Shown: positions 13,829 through 28,533, counted from the first letter of the stretch. The stretch: 64,000 nucleotides of DNA from the human T2T-CHM13v2.0 reference genome, Homo sapiens (GCF_009914755.1 NC_060934.1), one strand, 5' to 3'. Made by a program: numbers and translations. Notes: generated by a model from the letters alone, not told the origin.

Positions 13829-15542
13829 TTCACTTTACTCCATTATTTAAAAGTCTCCTTTCTGACGCTTTTTAAGTGGTTCATGTTAGCAGTCAGAACC
13901 CTGGGAATTATCTGAGGCCATTTTGCTTAGAGTTCACTAGATTTTTTTTCCCTAGCCACAATTATGTCACTGTTTAGCCTAAAAAAAAATTTCTACCATG
14001 CTGATCAATATTCAAAGTGGGTAGGTTCATCTTTGTAAATTTCACAGTAACAGGCAGGTCTCAGTGATGAAAGTCATTTAAATTAAATTATTTATGCAGA
14101 TATATGAAACCAAATGAATTTCATGGCAGCAATACTAGAAGCTAGAGATGTGGGCAGCATGGGGCACATGGATGCTCAGAAAGCGAGCCAGCAGCCCCAC
14201 ACCCCTCAGGGATGGCGGGTTAGACTAGGGGAGGGATCAGAGACACACCCCCAACCCACATCATACGCCCTGGGCCAAGCTAGTGGTGTCTCCTACCCAC
14301 AGTGAGCACAGAGAGAGACCCTGTCTCAAAAAAAAAAAAGTTTAAGAAAAGAACCTCTAGGTCACAAAGATTTCAAAATTCAACAAGAATCAATCAATAC
14401 TTCTGACCTCTACCCATGTGGGTAAAGTCACCAGGTTGGGAGTTACCACTTGGACAGTCCACAGGTGGAAATGCCCACAGCACAGCCGTCGAGTTCTCAG
14501 CTCTCCATGTGGTCTCATCTCTCGGGTCTTCGTTCAGAGTTGAAAGTCATGATGCATGAGCAAGACTTCCCAAAAGAGTCTGCAAAGTTGTCCTTTTCGC
14601 CAAACTGGAAGGGCTGAATGGGACCATTCTACAGCCTTAGACATGTCCCGTATTGCTGGAGACAGACAGAAGAGTGGCGATGGTGTACACAGGAGTGTGT
14701 GTGCCCCACCACGCCCATCTCCAGCATCCAGGAAGCCCCTTTTCCAGGCAGCAGAGGGTGCAGGGACTGGGGCCAGGACTCAGGATGAAAGGAACATGGC
14801 CCCTGCCCTCAAGGCCTCCGACAGAGAGGAGACCAGATGCCAGGGCATGAAGCCCAAAGAAGTTCACGATGGAGGAAAGTCTGAGCTATGAGGGACACAG
14901 CCACCCCCACAGACAGTCAGCAGGGACGAGGTCACCCTTCCCAGAGCCAAGGCAGCCGGGGTCATCAGAAGAAAATGGCAGGCCTTGGTCAGAGAAGGGG
15001 AGATGGGGATCTACAAAAATCCTTCCAGCCGAGGACTGCCTGCAGGCGCAGGGCCCAGAAGTGACAAGAAATGACAAAGGGTCCGTCATGACCAGAGGCA
15101 CAGCAGCCGGGCACTGGAGAGGAAGCTGGAGCAGCCACTCAGAGCCCGCAGACCCCAGCCAGGTCTTCCCAGGAACGAGGGGCCGGCAACGCGGATCTGT
15201 AAGCTCAAATCTGCACAGAAACGTGGCCTTCTCCACCCAGGCCTCCAAGCTTATTTGAAGTACTAATCGCCATTTCCCTTGATAAAAAGACTGAGCTCGG
15301 GCCTCCTCCAAATCAACCCTCATATATCCTCCCCTTATGCCCAGCCAGAAGGGAATATCAGGCTTCAGTCTGAGGCAAATGAACACAGCCAATAAATAGT
15401 GATCCAGACACTGCTCCGTGCGGGTGAGAGTGGGGCAGCAGGTGGGGCCTCCAGGATGAGGTCAGCGCGGTGCCTGGGCTGGCAATGGCTCCTATCACTC
15501 AGGTGGAGGGGGCGGCCAGCAGAGTGGAGCCCAGAGGAATTG

Positions 15543-18500
15543 CCAGATATGGAGTCCACCTGCACCCCCACAGGAGACGCAGGCCCCAGATAGGGAGTCC
15601 ACCTGCACCCTCACAGGAGATGCAGGCACCAGATAGGGAGCCACCTGCAACCCCACGGGAGACGCAGGCCCCAGATAGGGAGCCCACCTGCAACCCCACA
15701 GGAGACACAGGCCCCAGAAAGGGAGTCCGCCTGCAACCCCCACAGGAGACGCAGGCCCCAGATAGGGAGTCCACCTGCACCCTCACAGGAGACGCAGGCA
15801 CCAGATAGGGAGCCACCTACACCCCCACAGGAGATGCAGGCCCCAGATAGGGAGTCCACCTACAACACCACAGGAGATGCAGGCCCCAGATAGGGAGTCC
15901 ACCTGCACCCCCACAGGAGACACAGGCCCCAGATAGGGAGTCCACCTACACCCCCACAGGAGACGCAGGCACCAGATAGGGAGTCCACCTGCACCCCCAC
16001 AGGAGACACAGGCCCCAGATAGGGAGTCCACCTACACCCCCACAGGAGACGCAGGCCCCAGATAGGGAGCCCACCTGCAACCCCCACAGGAGATGCAGGC
16101 CCCAGATAGGGAGTCCGCCTGCACCCCCCACAGGAGACGCAGGCCCCAGATAGGGAGCCCACCTGCAACCCCCACAGGAGATGCAGGCCCCAGATAGGGA
16201 GTCCACCTGCACCCCCACAGGAGACGCAGGCACCAGATAGGGAGTCACCTACACCCCCACAGGAGACGCAGGCCCCAGATAGGGAGTCCGCCTGCACCCC
16301 CCACAGGAGATGCAGGCCCCAGATAGGGAGTCCACCTGCACCCCCACAGGAGACACAGGCCCCAACTAGGGAGTCCACCTACACCCCCACAGGAGACGCA
16401 GGCCCCAGATAGGGAGTCCGCCTGCACCCCCCACAGGAGATGCAGGCCCCAGATAGGGAGTCCACCTGCACCCCCACAGGAGACGCAGGCCCCAGATAGG
16501 GAGTCACCTGCACCCCCACAGGAGACGCAGGCACCAGATAGGGAGTCCACCTACACCCCCACAGGAGACGCAGGCCCCAGATAGGGAGTCACCTGCACCC
16601 CCACAGGAGACGCAGGCCCCAGATAGGGAGTCCGCCTGCACCCCCACAGGAGACGCAGGCACCAGATAGGGAGTCACCTGCACCCCCACAGGAGACGCAG
16701 GCCCCAGATAGGGAGTCACCTGCACCCCCACAGGAGACGCAGGCCCCAGATAGGGAGTCACCTGCACCCCCACAGGAGACACAGGCCCCAGATAGGGAGT
16801 CCGCCTGCACGCCCCACAGGAGACGCAGGCCCCAGATAGGGAGTCCACCTGCACCCCCACAGGAGACGCAGGCCCCAGATAGGGAGTCCACCTACACCCC
16901 CACAGGAGACGCAGGCACCAGATAGGGAGTCCGCCTACACCCCCACAGGAGACGCAGGCACCAGATAGGGAGTCACCTGCACCCCCACAGGAGACGCAGG
17001 CCCCAGATAGGGAGTCCGCCTGCACCCCCACAGGAGACGCAGGCACCAGATAGGGAGTCACCTACACCCCCACAGGAGACGCAGGCCCCAGATAGGGAGT
17101 CACCTGCACCCCCCACAGGAGACGCAGGCCCCAGATAGGGAGTCACCTGCACCCCCACAGGAGACGGAGGCCCCAGATAGGGAGTCACCTGCACCCCCAC
17201 AGGAGACGCAGGCCCCAGATAGGGAGTCACCTGCACCCCCACAGGAGATGCAGGCCCCAGATAGGGAGTCCGCCTGCACCCCCCTCAGGAGATGCAGGCC
17301 CCAGATAGGGAGTCCACCTGCACCCCCACAGGAGACGCAGGCCCCAGATAGGGAGTCACCTGCACCCCCACAGGAGACGCAGGCCCCAGATAGGGAGTCC
17401 ACCTGCACCCCCACAGGAGACACAGGCCCCAGATAGGGAGTCCACCTACACCCCCACAGGAGACGCAGGCCCCAGATAGGGAGTCCGCCTGCACCCCCCA
17501 CAGGAGATGCAGGCCCCAGATAGGGAGTCCACCTGCACCCCCACAGGAGACACAGGCCCCAGATAGGGAGTCCACCTACACCCCCACAGGAGACGCAGGC
17601 ACCAGATAGGGAGTCCGCCTACACCCCCACAGGAGACGCAGGCCCCAGATAGGGAGTCCACCTGCACCCCCACAGGAGACACAGGCCCCAGATAGGGAGT
17701 CCACCTACACCCCCACAGGAGACGCAGGCCCCAGATAGGGAGTCCGCCTGCACCCCCCACAGGAGATGCAGGCCCCAGATAGGGAGTCCACCTGCACCCC
17801 CACAGGAGACACAGGCCCCAGATAGGGAGTCCACCTACACCCCCACAGGAGACGCAGGCACCAGATAGGGAGTCCGCCTACACCCCCACAGGAGACGCAG
17901 GCACCAGATAGGGAGTCACCTGCACCCCCCACAGGAGACGCAGGCCCCAGATAGGGAGTCCACCTACAACACCATAGGAGACGCAGGCTCCAGATAGGGA
18001 GTCTGCCTACACCCCCACAGGAGACGCAGGCACCAGATAGGGAGTCACCTGCACCCCCACAGGAGACGCAGGCCCCAGATAGGGAGTCCGCCTGCACCCC
18101 CACAGGAGACGCAGGCACCAGATAGGGAGTCACCTACACCCCCACAGGAGACGCAGGCCCCAGATAGGGAGTCACCTGCACCCCCCACAGGAGACGCAGG
18201 CCCCAGATAGGGAGTCACCTGCACCCACAGAGGAGACGGAGGCCCCAGATAGGGAGTCACCTGCACCCCCACAGGAGACGGAGGCCCCACATAGGGAGTC
18301 ACCTACAACACCACAGGAGACGCAGGCCCCAGATAGGGAGTCACCTGCACCCCCACAGGAGATGCAGGCCCCAGATAGGGAGTCCACCTGCACCCTCACA
18401 GGAGACGCAGGCACCAGATAGGGAGCCACCTACACCCCCACAGGAGATGCAGGCCCCAGATAGGGAGTCACCTGCACCCCCCACAGGAGACGCAGGCACC

Positions 18501-18604
18501 AGATAGGGAGTCCGCCTACAACACCACAGGAGACGCAGGCTCCAGATAGGGAGTCACCTGCACCCCCACAGGAGACGCAGGCCCCAGATAGGGAGTCCAC
18601 CTGC
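15543..18604. repeat. Large VNTR, 42-44-bp unit, about 70 copies, about 3.06 kb
   Basis: Unit ccccagatagggagtccacctgcacccccacaggagacgcagg with many interspersed variant units. Confidence 0.98.
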
Positions 18605-21181
18605 GCTGCTGGGCAGGGCAGGAGCTGAAGGAGTCAAGCCCCTCCGTCGCTCACCTCCCTCCCCTTCTCCCTACTGAGCCTAACTGGGCCACTGAGGTCT
18701 TCCCTGTGGTGGCTTCAGCCCAGACAGCTCAGCCTCCAGGGTGAAGAGGGGAGCCATGGGTGGGCAGTGGCCAGACTGGTGTCTGCCTGGGGGGCTCCCC
18801 TGCTGGCACTGGCAGGCACGCGGCCCACAGGTGCCATCTGTCATTTGCACCCGAAGGACTGCCTAGGAAGCGAGAGTGTGTGCCCCAGAGACCTGTGCGG
18901 GCCAGAGGAAGCCCCGAGAGGCCAGTGAAGACCCCTGAGGAGGAGGGAGCCTGAGGAGGGAGTTCCTGCCCAGGGCTCCGGCAGAGCTCAGAGGGCGACC
19001 TGGGAGGCGGCTTGTGTTTTAGCCCTCTTCACGGGGCTGGTGAGGAAGGGATTCCCCGCCTAGGGCTCAAGGGATGGTCAGACGCAGGGTGCCCAGCACT
19101 GGACAGACGAGGGGGCAACAGTTTCTCAGTCCCACAGGCTCACCACCCAGGGGAGGAAACCTCAGGCCACACAGGGTCACAGGGAGGAAGCTCTCGGGGC
19201 AGAGTGAGCCGCAGGGCTGCTGGGGTGGACAGCTCAGGAACAAGAGGGTGGTGTCCGCGGGCCCCGCAGGGGGATGGGGTGAGCTGCTCTGAATCATCCT
19301 GCGGGCCAGCAGGGAGCCGGAACCTTTGCTCGGGGATGACAGGCTGGGCTGTGTGGCTGAGAGCCCCTGTCCTCAGGAGCAGAGGGGGAGGGGAGCCAGC
19401 AGTGATGTCCCCCCACCCCCATGTCCCCAGACACCAAGGCAGCACACACGGCACCTGGGGCCTTCACTTGCCCCCTGTTCCTCCTCCGCCTCTTCCTTCG
19501 GCAGCTTTCCCACCTTTCCTAGACCACCTCCACCATCAGACCCCACCCACAGACCACGTGCCAGGTTTCCAGTCCCATTCCACAAGCTTAGGGGACACAG
19601 TCGGTCAGACCTACTTGGCTGACCTGAAGCCCCTCTAGGGTAGCCTCCCTGGATTTTATCCACTTTCTCCAGACACATTCCAGGGGAAAAGAAACACAGA
19701 ATGTTAATGACACTAGAAAAACAAAATCAAACAGTGGGTGTTGTGATTACATCAGCATGCTAAATATTAGAAAACAGCTGTGTTCTTCACCCTGTGCTAG
19801 ACATCAGAATTCAGGTTACTGGTGTGTGCGCACACGGGGCTGGAACGCTCACATGAAAGATTCTGATGCTTTGGGGCAGATAGTCCCTTCTAGTCCTATT
19901 ACAAGGCAGCCCTGAAGTGTGTACGGAGCACCAGCTGCGTCCCTTTGTACTTGCTGAGAATGTTTGAGTGGGACGTTTCCTCCAGCACCGGCTCTGCATG
20001 CAACTCTGACTCAGGAGACAGAGACCAAGAGCCCTCAGAACTGGCGGTAACTTTCAACGATTCCGTTGGAACTTGCAGTCCCTTGAGTTTTTAATCATTT
20101 GAAGCTCATCTTTTTTGAAATGTCTGAATGTATGAATGTGTTCCCTGAGAGAATAAATTCTGTTCTCCAAATGGTAGAAAATAGTCACGAAAATAGTTTA
20201 CTTTAAGATAAATAACTAAACAATGTATTCCACTAATGAAGTCATTGAATTTAACGTCCTTTTTGGTTCTATTTTTAAAATTAGTACGGATTTTTTTTTA
20301 ATCAGTGGAGAAATATGAACTATGCATCAGAGCTGCCAGCTCTCTGGACGGCCAAGTCAGTTCAGCGTTCCAGCCCTCTCCCCAGGTGACTGGCCGCTCA
20401 AGTAAATAAAAACAGGTCTGATCCTAAAGCAAACAGAAAGCATCGATCTCTTTGAGCAGGTGTCACAGAGGGTTTTCTTAGAGATGTTTCTTTGCACATC
20501 CCCTGATGGCCAGTTTGTGAGCCGAGTTGCTCCCAAATAAAAAAGTCCACTGACTCAGTGGAAGCTTGGCCAGGAAGCTGGGCCTGCTGGAGGCATCACT
20601 AGGCTCCGCTGCAGCCTCTCCTGATGGTTCTGCAGACAGGGCTCCCGGCCCCAGCCTGTGCTGGGCCTCCAGGGCAAGTTCTGGGGACATCTCGTTGCCC
20701 TCCCAGCATGGCAGCCCAATTCGAAGCATGCACGGGTGTGGCTGCCTTTTTCTGTTCGCTGGGTATCCACAATGCTCTATGAAGCACGGCTCTAAGGACC
20801 ACGACCAAACGCTCTATGTGCACTGCCCTCTCCTGCCTCTGCTCCTCCACCAGAACGGGAGGGAAGGGCATCCTCTCCCCTCCATTCATGTGCTAGACAC
20901 ATGCGCTCCCAGGCCCGTAGGTTTCCTCAGCTGCAGCGGGAGGAAACAGACTCCCCAAAACACAGGCTTCTTCCCACATCTTGCTTTTCTTCTGCAGGCA
21001 CAAGTTACGCTTACTAACAAATAAACTTCCCTTCAGTTCCATTTCTGCATAACTTATAAAAGTATTTCCCACAGCAGTAGCTGAATTCTGCCTACTCCAG
21101 GAATATGTTTGCATTTAAGCTGTAACCAGGACCAGAGTAGGGAAATGCACTTGGAAGTAAAGTGATGAAGTCGGGGGCGTA

Positions 21182-21930
21182 TTTTTTTTTAATTATACTT
21201 TAAGTTCTAGGGCACATGTGCACAACGTGCAGGTTTGATACATAGGTATACATGTGCCATGTTGGTTTGCTGCACCCATCAACTCATCATTTACATTAGG
21301 TATTTCTCCTAATGCTATCCCTTCCCCAGGCCCCCACCCTGCGACAGGCACCAGTGTGTGATATTCCCTGCCCTGTGTCCAAGTGATCTCATTGTTCAGT
21401 TCCCACCTATGAGTGAGAACATGCGGTGTTTGGTTTTCTGTCCTTGTGATAGTTTGCTGAGAATGATGGTTTCCAGCTTCATCCATTTCCCTGCAAAGGA
21501 CATGAACTCATCCTTTTTTATGGCTGCATAGTATTCCATGGTGTATATGTGCCACATTTTCTTAATCCAGTCTATCATTGATGGACATTTGGGTTGGCTC
21601 CAAGTCTTTGCTATTGTGAATAGTACCACAGTAAACATACGTGTGCATGTGCCTTTATAGTAGCGTGATTTATAATCCTTTGGGTATATACTCAGTAATG
21701 CGATTGCTGGGTCAAATGGTATTTCTAGTTCTAGATCCTTGAGGAATCGCCACACTGTCTTCCACAATGGTTGAACCAATTTACACTCCCACCAACAGTG
21801 TAAAAGCGTTCCTATTTCTCCACATCCTCTCCAGCATCGGTTGTTTCCTGACTTTTTACTGATTCCCAATCTAACTGGCATGAGATGGTATCTCATTGTG
21901 GTTTTGATCTGCATTTATCTGATGAGCAGT
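21182..21930 (-). mobile_element. L1PA (approximately L1PA5-6) 3' end including ORF2 C-terminus
   Basis: Poly(T) followed by attatactttaagttctaggg...; ORF 21396-21914 translates to the L1 ORF2 C-terminus ([33 protein letters not shown]...HRMFSLIGGN). Confidence 0.95.
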
Positions 21931-23315
21931 GATGAGCATTTTTCCATATGTTTGTTGGCCATTTGTATATCTTCTTTTGAGAAATGTCTATTCATGACCT
22001 TTACCCACTTTTTAATGGAATTATTTGGTGTTTTTCTTGGTGATTTGTCTGAGTTCCTTGTAAATTCTGGATGTTAATCCTTTGTCGGATGTGTAGTTTG
22101 CAAATATTTCTCCCACTCTGTAAGTTGTCTGTTCTGCTGATTATTTCTTTTGCTTTGCAGAAGCTTTTTAGTTTAATTAGGTCCCATCTATTTATGTTTA
22201 TTTTTGTTACATTTACTTTTGAGGTCTTAGTCACGAATTATTTGCCTAGGCTGATGTCTAGAAGAGTTTTTCCATTGTTATCTTCTAGAATTTTTATAGT
22301 TTCAGGTCTTATATTTAAGTCTTTGACCCATCTTGAGCTGATTTTTGTATAGGTGAAAGATAGGGATCTAGTTTCATTCTTCTGCATACAGCTATCCAAT
22401 TTTCCCAGCACCATTTATTGAATAGGGTGTCTTTTCCCCAGTTTATGTTTTTGTTTGCTTTGTCAAAGATCAGTTAGCTGTACCTATTTGGCTTCATTTC
22501 TGGGTTCTCTATTCTATTCCATTGGTCTATGTGCCTACTTTTATACCAGTACCATGCTGTTTTGGTTTCTATAGCCTTGTAGTATAATTTGAAGTCTGCT
22601 AATCTGATGCCTCCAGATTTGTTCTTTTTGCTTAGGATGGCTTTGGCTATTAGGTCTCTTCTTCGGTTCCATATGAATTTTAGGATTTTTTTTTCTAATT
22701 CTGGGAAAAATGATGATGGTATTTTGATGGGAATTGCATTGAATCTATGGATTGCTCTGAGTAGTATGGTCATTTTCACAATATTGATTCTTCCAATCCA
22801 CGAACATGGGATGCATTTTCATTTGTTTGTGTCATCTATTATTTCTTTCAGCAGTGTTTTGTAGTTCTCCTTGTAGAGATCTTTCACCTCCTTGGTTAGG
22901 TGTATACCTAGGTTTTTTGGTTTTTTGTGGGAGTTTTTTTTTTTTTTTGCAGCTATTGTAAAGGGATTGAGTTCTTGATTTGATTCTCAGCTTCGTTGTT
23001 GTTGGTGCTACTGATTTGTGTACACTGCTTTGGTAACCTGAGACTTTACTGAATTCGTTTATCAAATCCAAGAGTCTTTTGGGGGAGTCTTTAGGATTTT
23101 CTAGGTATATAATCATATCGTCAGCAAACAGTGATATTTTGACTTCCTCTTTTCCAATAATCTTTCTCTTGCGTTCTTGCTCTGGCTAGGGCTTCCAGAA
23201 CTATGTTGAATAGAAGTGGTGAGAGTGGGCATCCTTGTCTTGTTCCTATTCTCAGGGGGAGTGCTTCGACCTTCTCCCCATTCAGTATGATGCTGGCTGT
23301 GGGTTTGTCATAGAT
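21931..23315 (-). mobile_element. L1PB-like ORF2 fragment, collinear with the L1PA piece
   Basis: Degraded ORF2 peptides ([26 protein letters not shown]) with frameshifts; L1PB-type sequence gttggccatttgtatatcttcttttgagaa. Confidence 0.85.
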
Positions 23316-24354
23316 GCCAATGCCACTTACTTTTCTTCTGCCAGAAGTGCTGGCTCATCCCACAACCGAAGAGAACTTCCCATCCACACGTTCGCTGCCG
23401 CAGCTTCCTACTTTACTCGCGTCTCCCTCCTGAGGAATCCAGGGCATAAGGAGGGAAGAGCCAAGGGCCAGGTCTGGCCGGGATTCCAGGGCTGCACTCC
23501 AGGGCATGGACTTCCCACCTGGGATCTCAGGGGAATCACCAGCTGCACCCACCAGGAAACAGGGAGGCAGGTCTGAAGCCAGCAATCCGACCAGGAGAGT
23601 CCAAATCGGGCTCACAGAACACTGATGTGGGCCAGCTGCCCACAGGGGTTCCTGTCCCGGCCACTGCACCTTTGCTGGGACACAGTAGGTCCTTGAGGCA
23701 GTCCCTCCACTGGGGACAGTGCCAGCAGCCTGCACTGTCACCCCAGGCAGCACCTTGCATTCTGGCCATGACATTTTTGGTGATAACTAAGAGCCATCCT
23801 AAAAGCCTAGAACTGAGATTTGGAGGAGGCAGGATTTCGAATGGCCTGCAGTGGGCCCAGGATCCCAGCACCCCCACCCTGGCAGGAAGCTCCCCGGGGC
23901 AGCCCCACTCCAGGGAGCTCCTCTGAATCCCCCTCAGTGTGAGTCTGCACCAGCTGGCAAGCCTCCTGCAGGCCACGACAGCCACTGGGGAAGCCACAAA
24001 GACACTGTGTGACTCTAGACTTCACCTCCCAAACCACGTTCATCAGCTCCCACACCCCCTCCCCAGCAACTCGACTGGGTCAAGTCCTCCTCGACTCGCC
24101 CACCCTCACCCCCGCATCCCACGGAGTTCCATGTCCATGCCACCAGAACCTTCTGGGTCAAGCCCTGCTCTCCCCCAGATGGCTCCAGCTTGTTCCTCAC
24201 CTGTGCAATGTGCCTAGGACCAGACAATGCTCTTGTCAACGCCACTTCTCATTGTGATCCCCCTGCTCAAAACGATTCCAGTCATCAAAGGTCAACAGCC
24301 CCACCTAAAATCCAGGACGACTTTACGTCCGCCCAACGCAGAAGGTTTGCGTAA

Positions 24355-24813
<459 letters not shown>

Positions 24814-27499
24814 CACCTCATAGTTTTAAATGGCCCTTGCTGCTCCATTGTTCATGTCTGCAGAACTGGGGACGGCACCAGGCTGGGCCGTGCTGCTGCG
24901 CCTGCTCCAGGGTTGAGTGTCACTGCAGCTTGGCTCATCCCGGGCAGCGGCTGTTCCTTCAGTTTGGCTCTGGCATGAGGAAGCAGCGGCTGCAAGAGTC
25001 CCTGGGTCCCTGGCTGCAGGCGTGTGCCTGACCCAGGGCCCTGCGGTTGAGCTCTGAAACCTGTTATGGTTGCCATCCAATGAACAGGCAACCAGGTGCA
25101 GGTGCTGAGGGGACACTGGGCTGACGATGGGCTGTGGAGGGTCAGCGGGTCCTGGGCACCAGCCCTCTGTGCACAGAATCACGTGCACCTGCTGGGGTTG
25201 CCCACTCCACTGACCGCATCCACCCACAGCACTGTGAGCTCAGCACATCCAGGGCAGCTCTCAAAACCCTGGCTGGCAGCCAGGCCAGATCCCAGACCAC
25301 CATGTCCACTTAGACATCAAAGAGTTTCAGAGCTGACAGGAGGCAGGAGCCAAGCTGGAGGACGGATGCTGCCCTCAGACCCTACTGAGGCTGTAATGGT
25401 CACATGAGGCTCACCACCCTGCCAGCCTCGGGCTGTATTCCCTGAATCTAGGATGTGGACATGGATTCCAGGTGGGACATGGAGGTGGCTTTAGCTAAGC
25501 CTGACTCACTCCTAGAGTGCTGCCAGGTCCCTGCCCCACGCCCTGCCCTCCCTCCACTTCCTCTGAGAGAAGGTCTCTGTTTGCACCTCTATACCTCTTG
25601 CTCATCTCTCCTTCAACAAAGGGAGAGCAGGTGCGGGCTTCCAGCTTTCTGGAAAGAATAGGATTTAGAGAGAATTCAATAACACTTTCTGTTTTTGCCA
25701 GGTTCACATTTTTTCCCTAAAAAGAAAGCCAGGATGGCTTGCCATGAACGCAGGGCAACCATCAACAGGTACCTCTTTACCCGCCACCTCTCCTTTACTC
25801 GCCATCACACTCAACTCACAATAGCCCAGGCGTGGCTCCTGCATGCTCAGGGAGCGTGGGCTCCATGGAGGCCCTCAGGCCGGCTGGTGAACGGGAAGGC
25901 AACGGCCCCTGACCTGGTGGAGCCAAGAGCAAGCCCCGCCCAGAAGGGAGCTACATGCTGTGCTAACAGGGGACGAGGGCTATGGGGAAACGGGGACCTG
26001 GAGGGCGGGGCGCAGAGAGAACAAGGAGAGAACCAGAGACCTGGGGCAGCTGCAGAGTTCACCACGCTTGTGCGGCTGGGAGTGCAGCCCTGGGGAAGCC
26101 GGTCCCACAGAGAGGCAGGGGTGTAAACTTGCCTTCCTATGTTCCCCAGTCCAGCTCAGTGTACCACATGGACATTGGTTTATTTGCAAGGTGACATTTG
26201 CTCCGCGCGGCTGTGCTCTGAGCACTGTGTGTGGGCCTTGCCCTGATTGAGCAAAGCCCTGAGGCTCCTCCGGGACAAAGGAAAACAACAAGGAACCAAT
26301 CTGGAATCAAGAAGAGATAAAAAGGGATGGACAGTGGACTGCCGAGTGCCCGGGGAAGAGCCCAGTCTCTCCTGGCCAAACGTGGAAGCTGAAGCCGTGC
26401 TGGGGAGGCCTGTGCAGTGGCTGGTGCAGGCCTCCCGGGTCTGTCACTTCAGATGCCCTTCCCCTATGCCAGCAGGGATGAGGCTGACCTGAGCTGACCC
26501 AGCATCCTCAGCCCCTTCCATGAGCCATGCAGCCCGGCCTCGGGTTTCAGAAATAGGTGCTGCCAGTCTCCCTTGGAGAGAACATGATGGAGCATCGCCT
26601 CTGGGGCAGCTGGGAGCAGAGGGAGAGGGCCTGGAGAAGAGCGGAGAGAGGCAGGAAGGAGGGGAGCGGAGAACTGGAAGGGAACACTCTATACCTGCTC
26701 TGCCACCACCTCCGGGCTCCAACCAGACAGGCTCAGCCTCCTGCCCTGATAGGCTTCAGCCCACAAAGCCCAGACTGGGAGACCCCAGGCGCCGCGTGGA
26801 GGTGTGGAGAAGATGGGTGTGCACACCTGGGAGCTTTCGCAACCAGCCCCGTTGACCAGCAGGCCCGGCCTGGGCACCCCAAAAAGTCTGGGTCATGCTT
26901 TTTCATGAAAAAGAAGGTAGAAACAGAAGAGACTAAAGAGAAAAACCCCCAAATGAAACGCACCAGCCTTGGTTGGATCCTGGTTCAATGGAAAGGGTCA
27001 TAAAAAATTGATTTGCCCAGTTGGGGCGATCTGAATTCAGATTTAAGGAATTCTCACTAATTTCCTTAGGCAGGATCACAGGGACTGGGCCGTGCATGAG
27101 AAAGCTGTACTTTTGGGGAGGCACAGGCAGAAAGTCATGCTGTGGGTCACTTTCAAATGGCTCAACAAAAAGAAAATGCTCTATTCACACAAATGTGGAA
27201 AAGCAAAGATGGCAAAAGGCTAGCGTCTGTGGGTTCACCTGGCTTGGCCTTCACCTCATTGAGAGCCTGAATTCTCCCGAATGAAAGACTAGGGAAAACC
27301 CCACATTTGTTCATATTTTGATTTCCCTCTTGAGCACATACCTGACCAACAGCCAATCCCAACCTCCTTGGATGGCAGGTTCCCACCGTGCTATGCACTG
27401 GACAGCGGGTGTCACATGAATTGTGGTGCAGCAGCAGCTTCCAAGAGAGTCCAGTTCTCATAGCCCCTGTGAGTCATCGTGCAAATCCTTGGGGACTGC

Positions 27500-27690
27500 T
27501 TTTCTTGTTATTCAGACATAATTCACATGCATGAAATGCACCCTTCAAGTTGCACAGCTCAGTGGCATTTACTGCACTTCCCAGGCCATGCGACTGCCCC
27601 AAGCTCCAGTTCCAGAACATTCTCATTCCCCAAAAGAAATCCCATGCCCATTGGCAGTTCCATTCTAGGAGTTTTCCCTCGCCCTCCAGA
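27500..27690 (-). mobile_element. L1MB-like 3' end remnant
   Basis: ataattcacatgcatgaaatgcaccc...ttccagaacattctcattccccaaaagaaatccc. Confidence 0.65.
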
Positions 27691-28311
27691 AACCCTGGGA
27701 TGGGCCAGGACGTCCCCCGTGCCCAGGCTGGTCCCCACCCCATCGTTGAGTGCTGGCATCTGTGCACCCAGAGAAGGCTCTACTGGGCAGACGGAAGCCC
27801 ATTGTGAGTAGAGGTCAGCCCAGCACAATGACCACTTGATGATGGAGGAGCTCAGGGAGAGCCCAGCACAGCTCACCCCCTCTCAGAGGGACAGCCCTGG
27901 AGGCCGAGCAGGAGAGCACCCACTCTGTGACATCACCCTACTGGGACACGCCCTTTGCACATCGCAGCTGGGGACACAGAGGCTGAAAGAGGCGCTGCCT
28001 GCCCAAGGCCCTGGCGTGTGAAGCAGGTGTTCAGACCTGTGGGCTCCTCCTGCAGCCCATGGGCGCTCACCAGCCTTTGCAGGGACTCACGGCCCTCAGG
28101 AGCCCCTGCTGGTCCATGACCAGGGCCTGGCAAAGGTTGCAGTTGTGGCCACAGCTCTCATCCCCACCCACACACCCACCTGAGAGAGACATGGAAACCT
28201 ATTCCAGAAGGCAGTTTTCCCCAAGGGACTGTCAGCGCAAACCTTTGTCTTTCTCACAGATTTCAATAAAGTGCAGCGAGGTGGGAGAGGCTTGCAGACA
28301 GCTCCCGCTGC

Positions 28312-28533
28312 ACCAGCTGCCCTGTCCAGCCCACAGCAGCCCCAGGCCCTGCCCCCTGAGGCCTCCATTGGACACTCAAGGCCAAACCAGCTGCCCTGTC
28401 CAGCCCACAGCAGTCCCAGGCCCTGCTCCCTGAGGCCTCCATTGGACACTCAAGGCCAAACCAGCTGCCCTGTCCAGCCCACAGCAGTCCCAGACCCTGC
28501 CCCCTGAGGCCTCCATTGGACACTCAACGCCAA
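28312..28533. repeat. Tandem repeat, 74-bp unit x3
   Basis: accagctgccctgtccagccc... starts at 28312, 28386, 28460. Confidence 0.95.

Noticed and set aside
15543-18604. CRISPR-like regular array, and many short ORFs
   Set aside because: Units are head-to-tail with no unique spacers and no cas genes; this is a eukaryotic minisatellite. The same applies to the other arrays
15543-18604. GATA/E-box (TAL1-GATA1) composite element in the VNTR
   Set aside because: Order and spacing (AGATAG-N5/6-CACCTG, about 25 bp the other way) do not fit E-box-N8-10-WGATAR
21396-23116. L1 ORF2-like ORFs as functional genes
   Set aside because: 5'-truncated and frameshifted retrotransposon remnants
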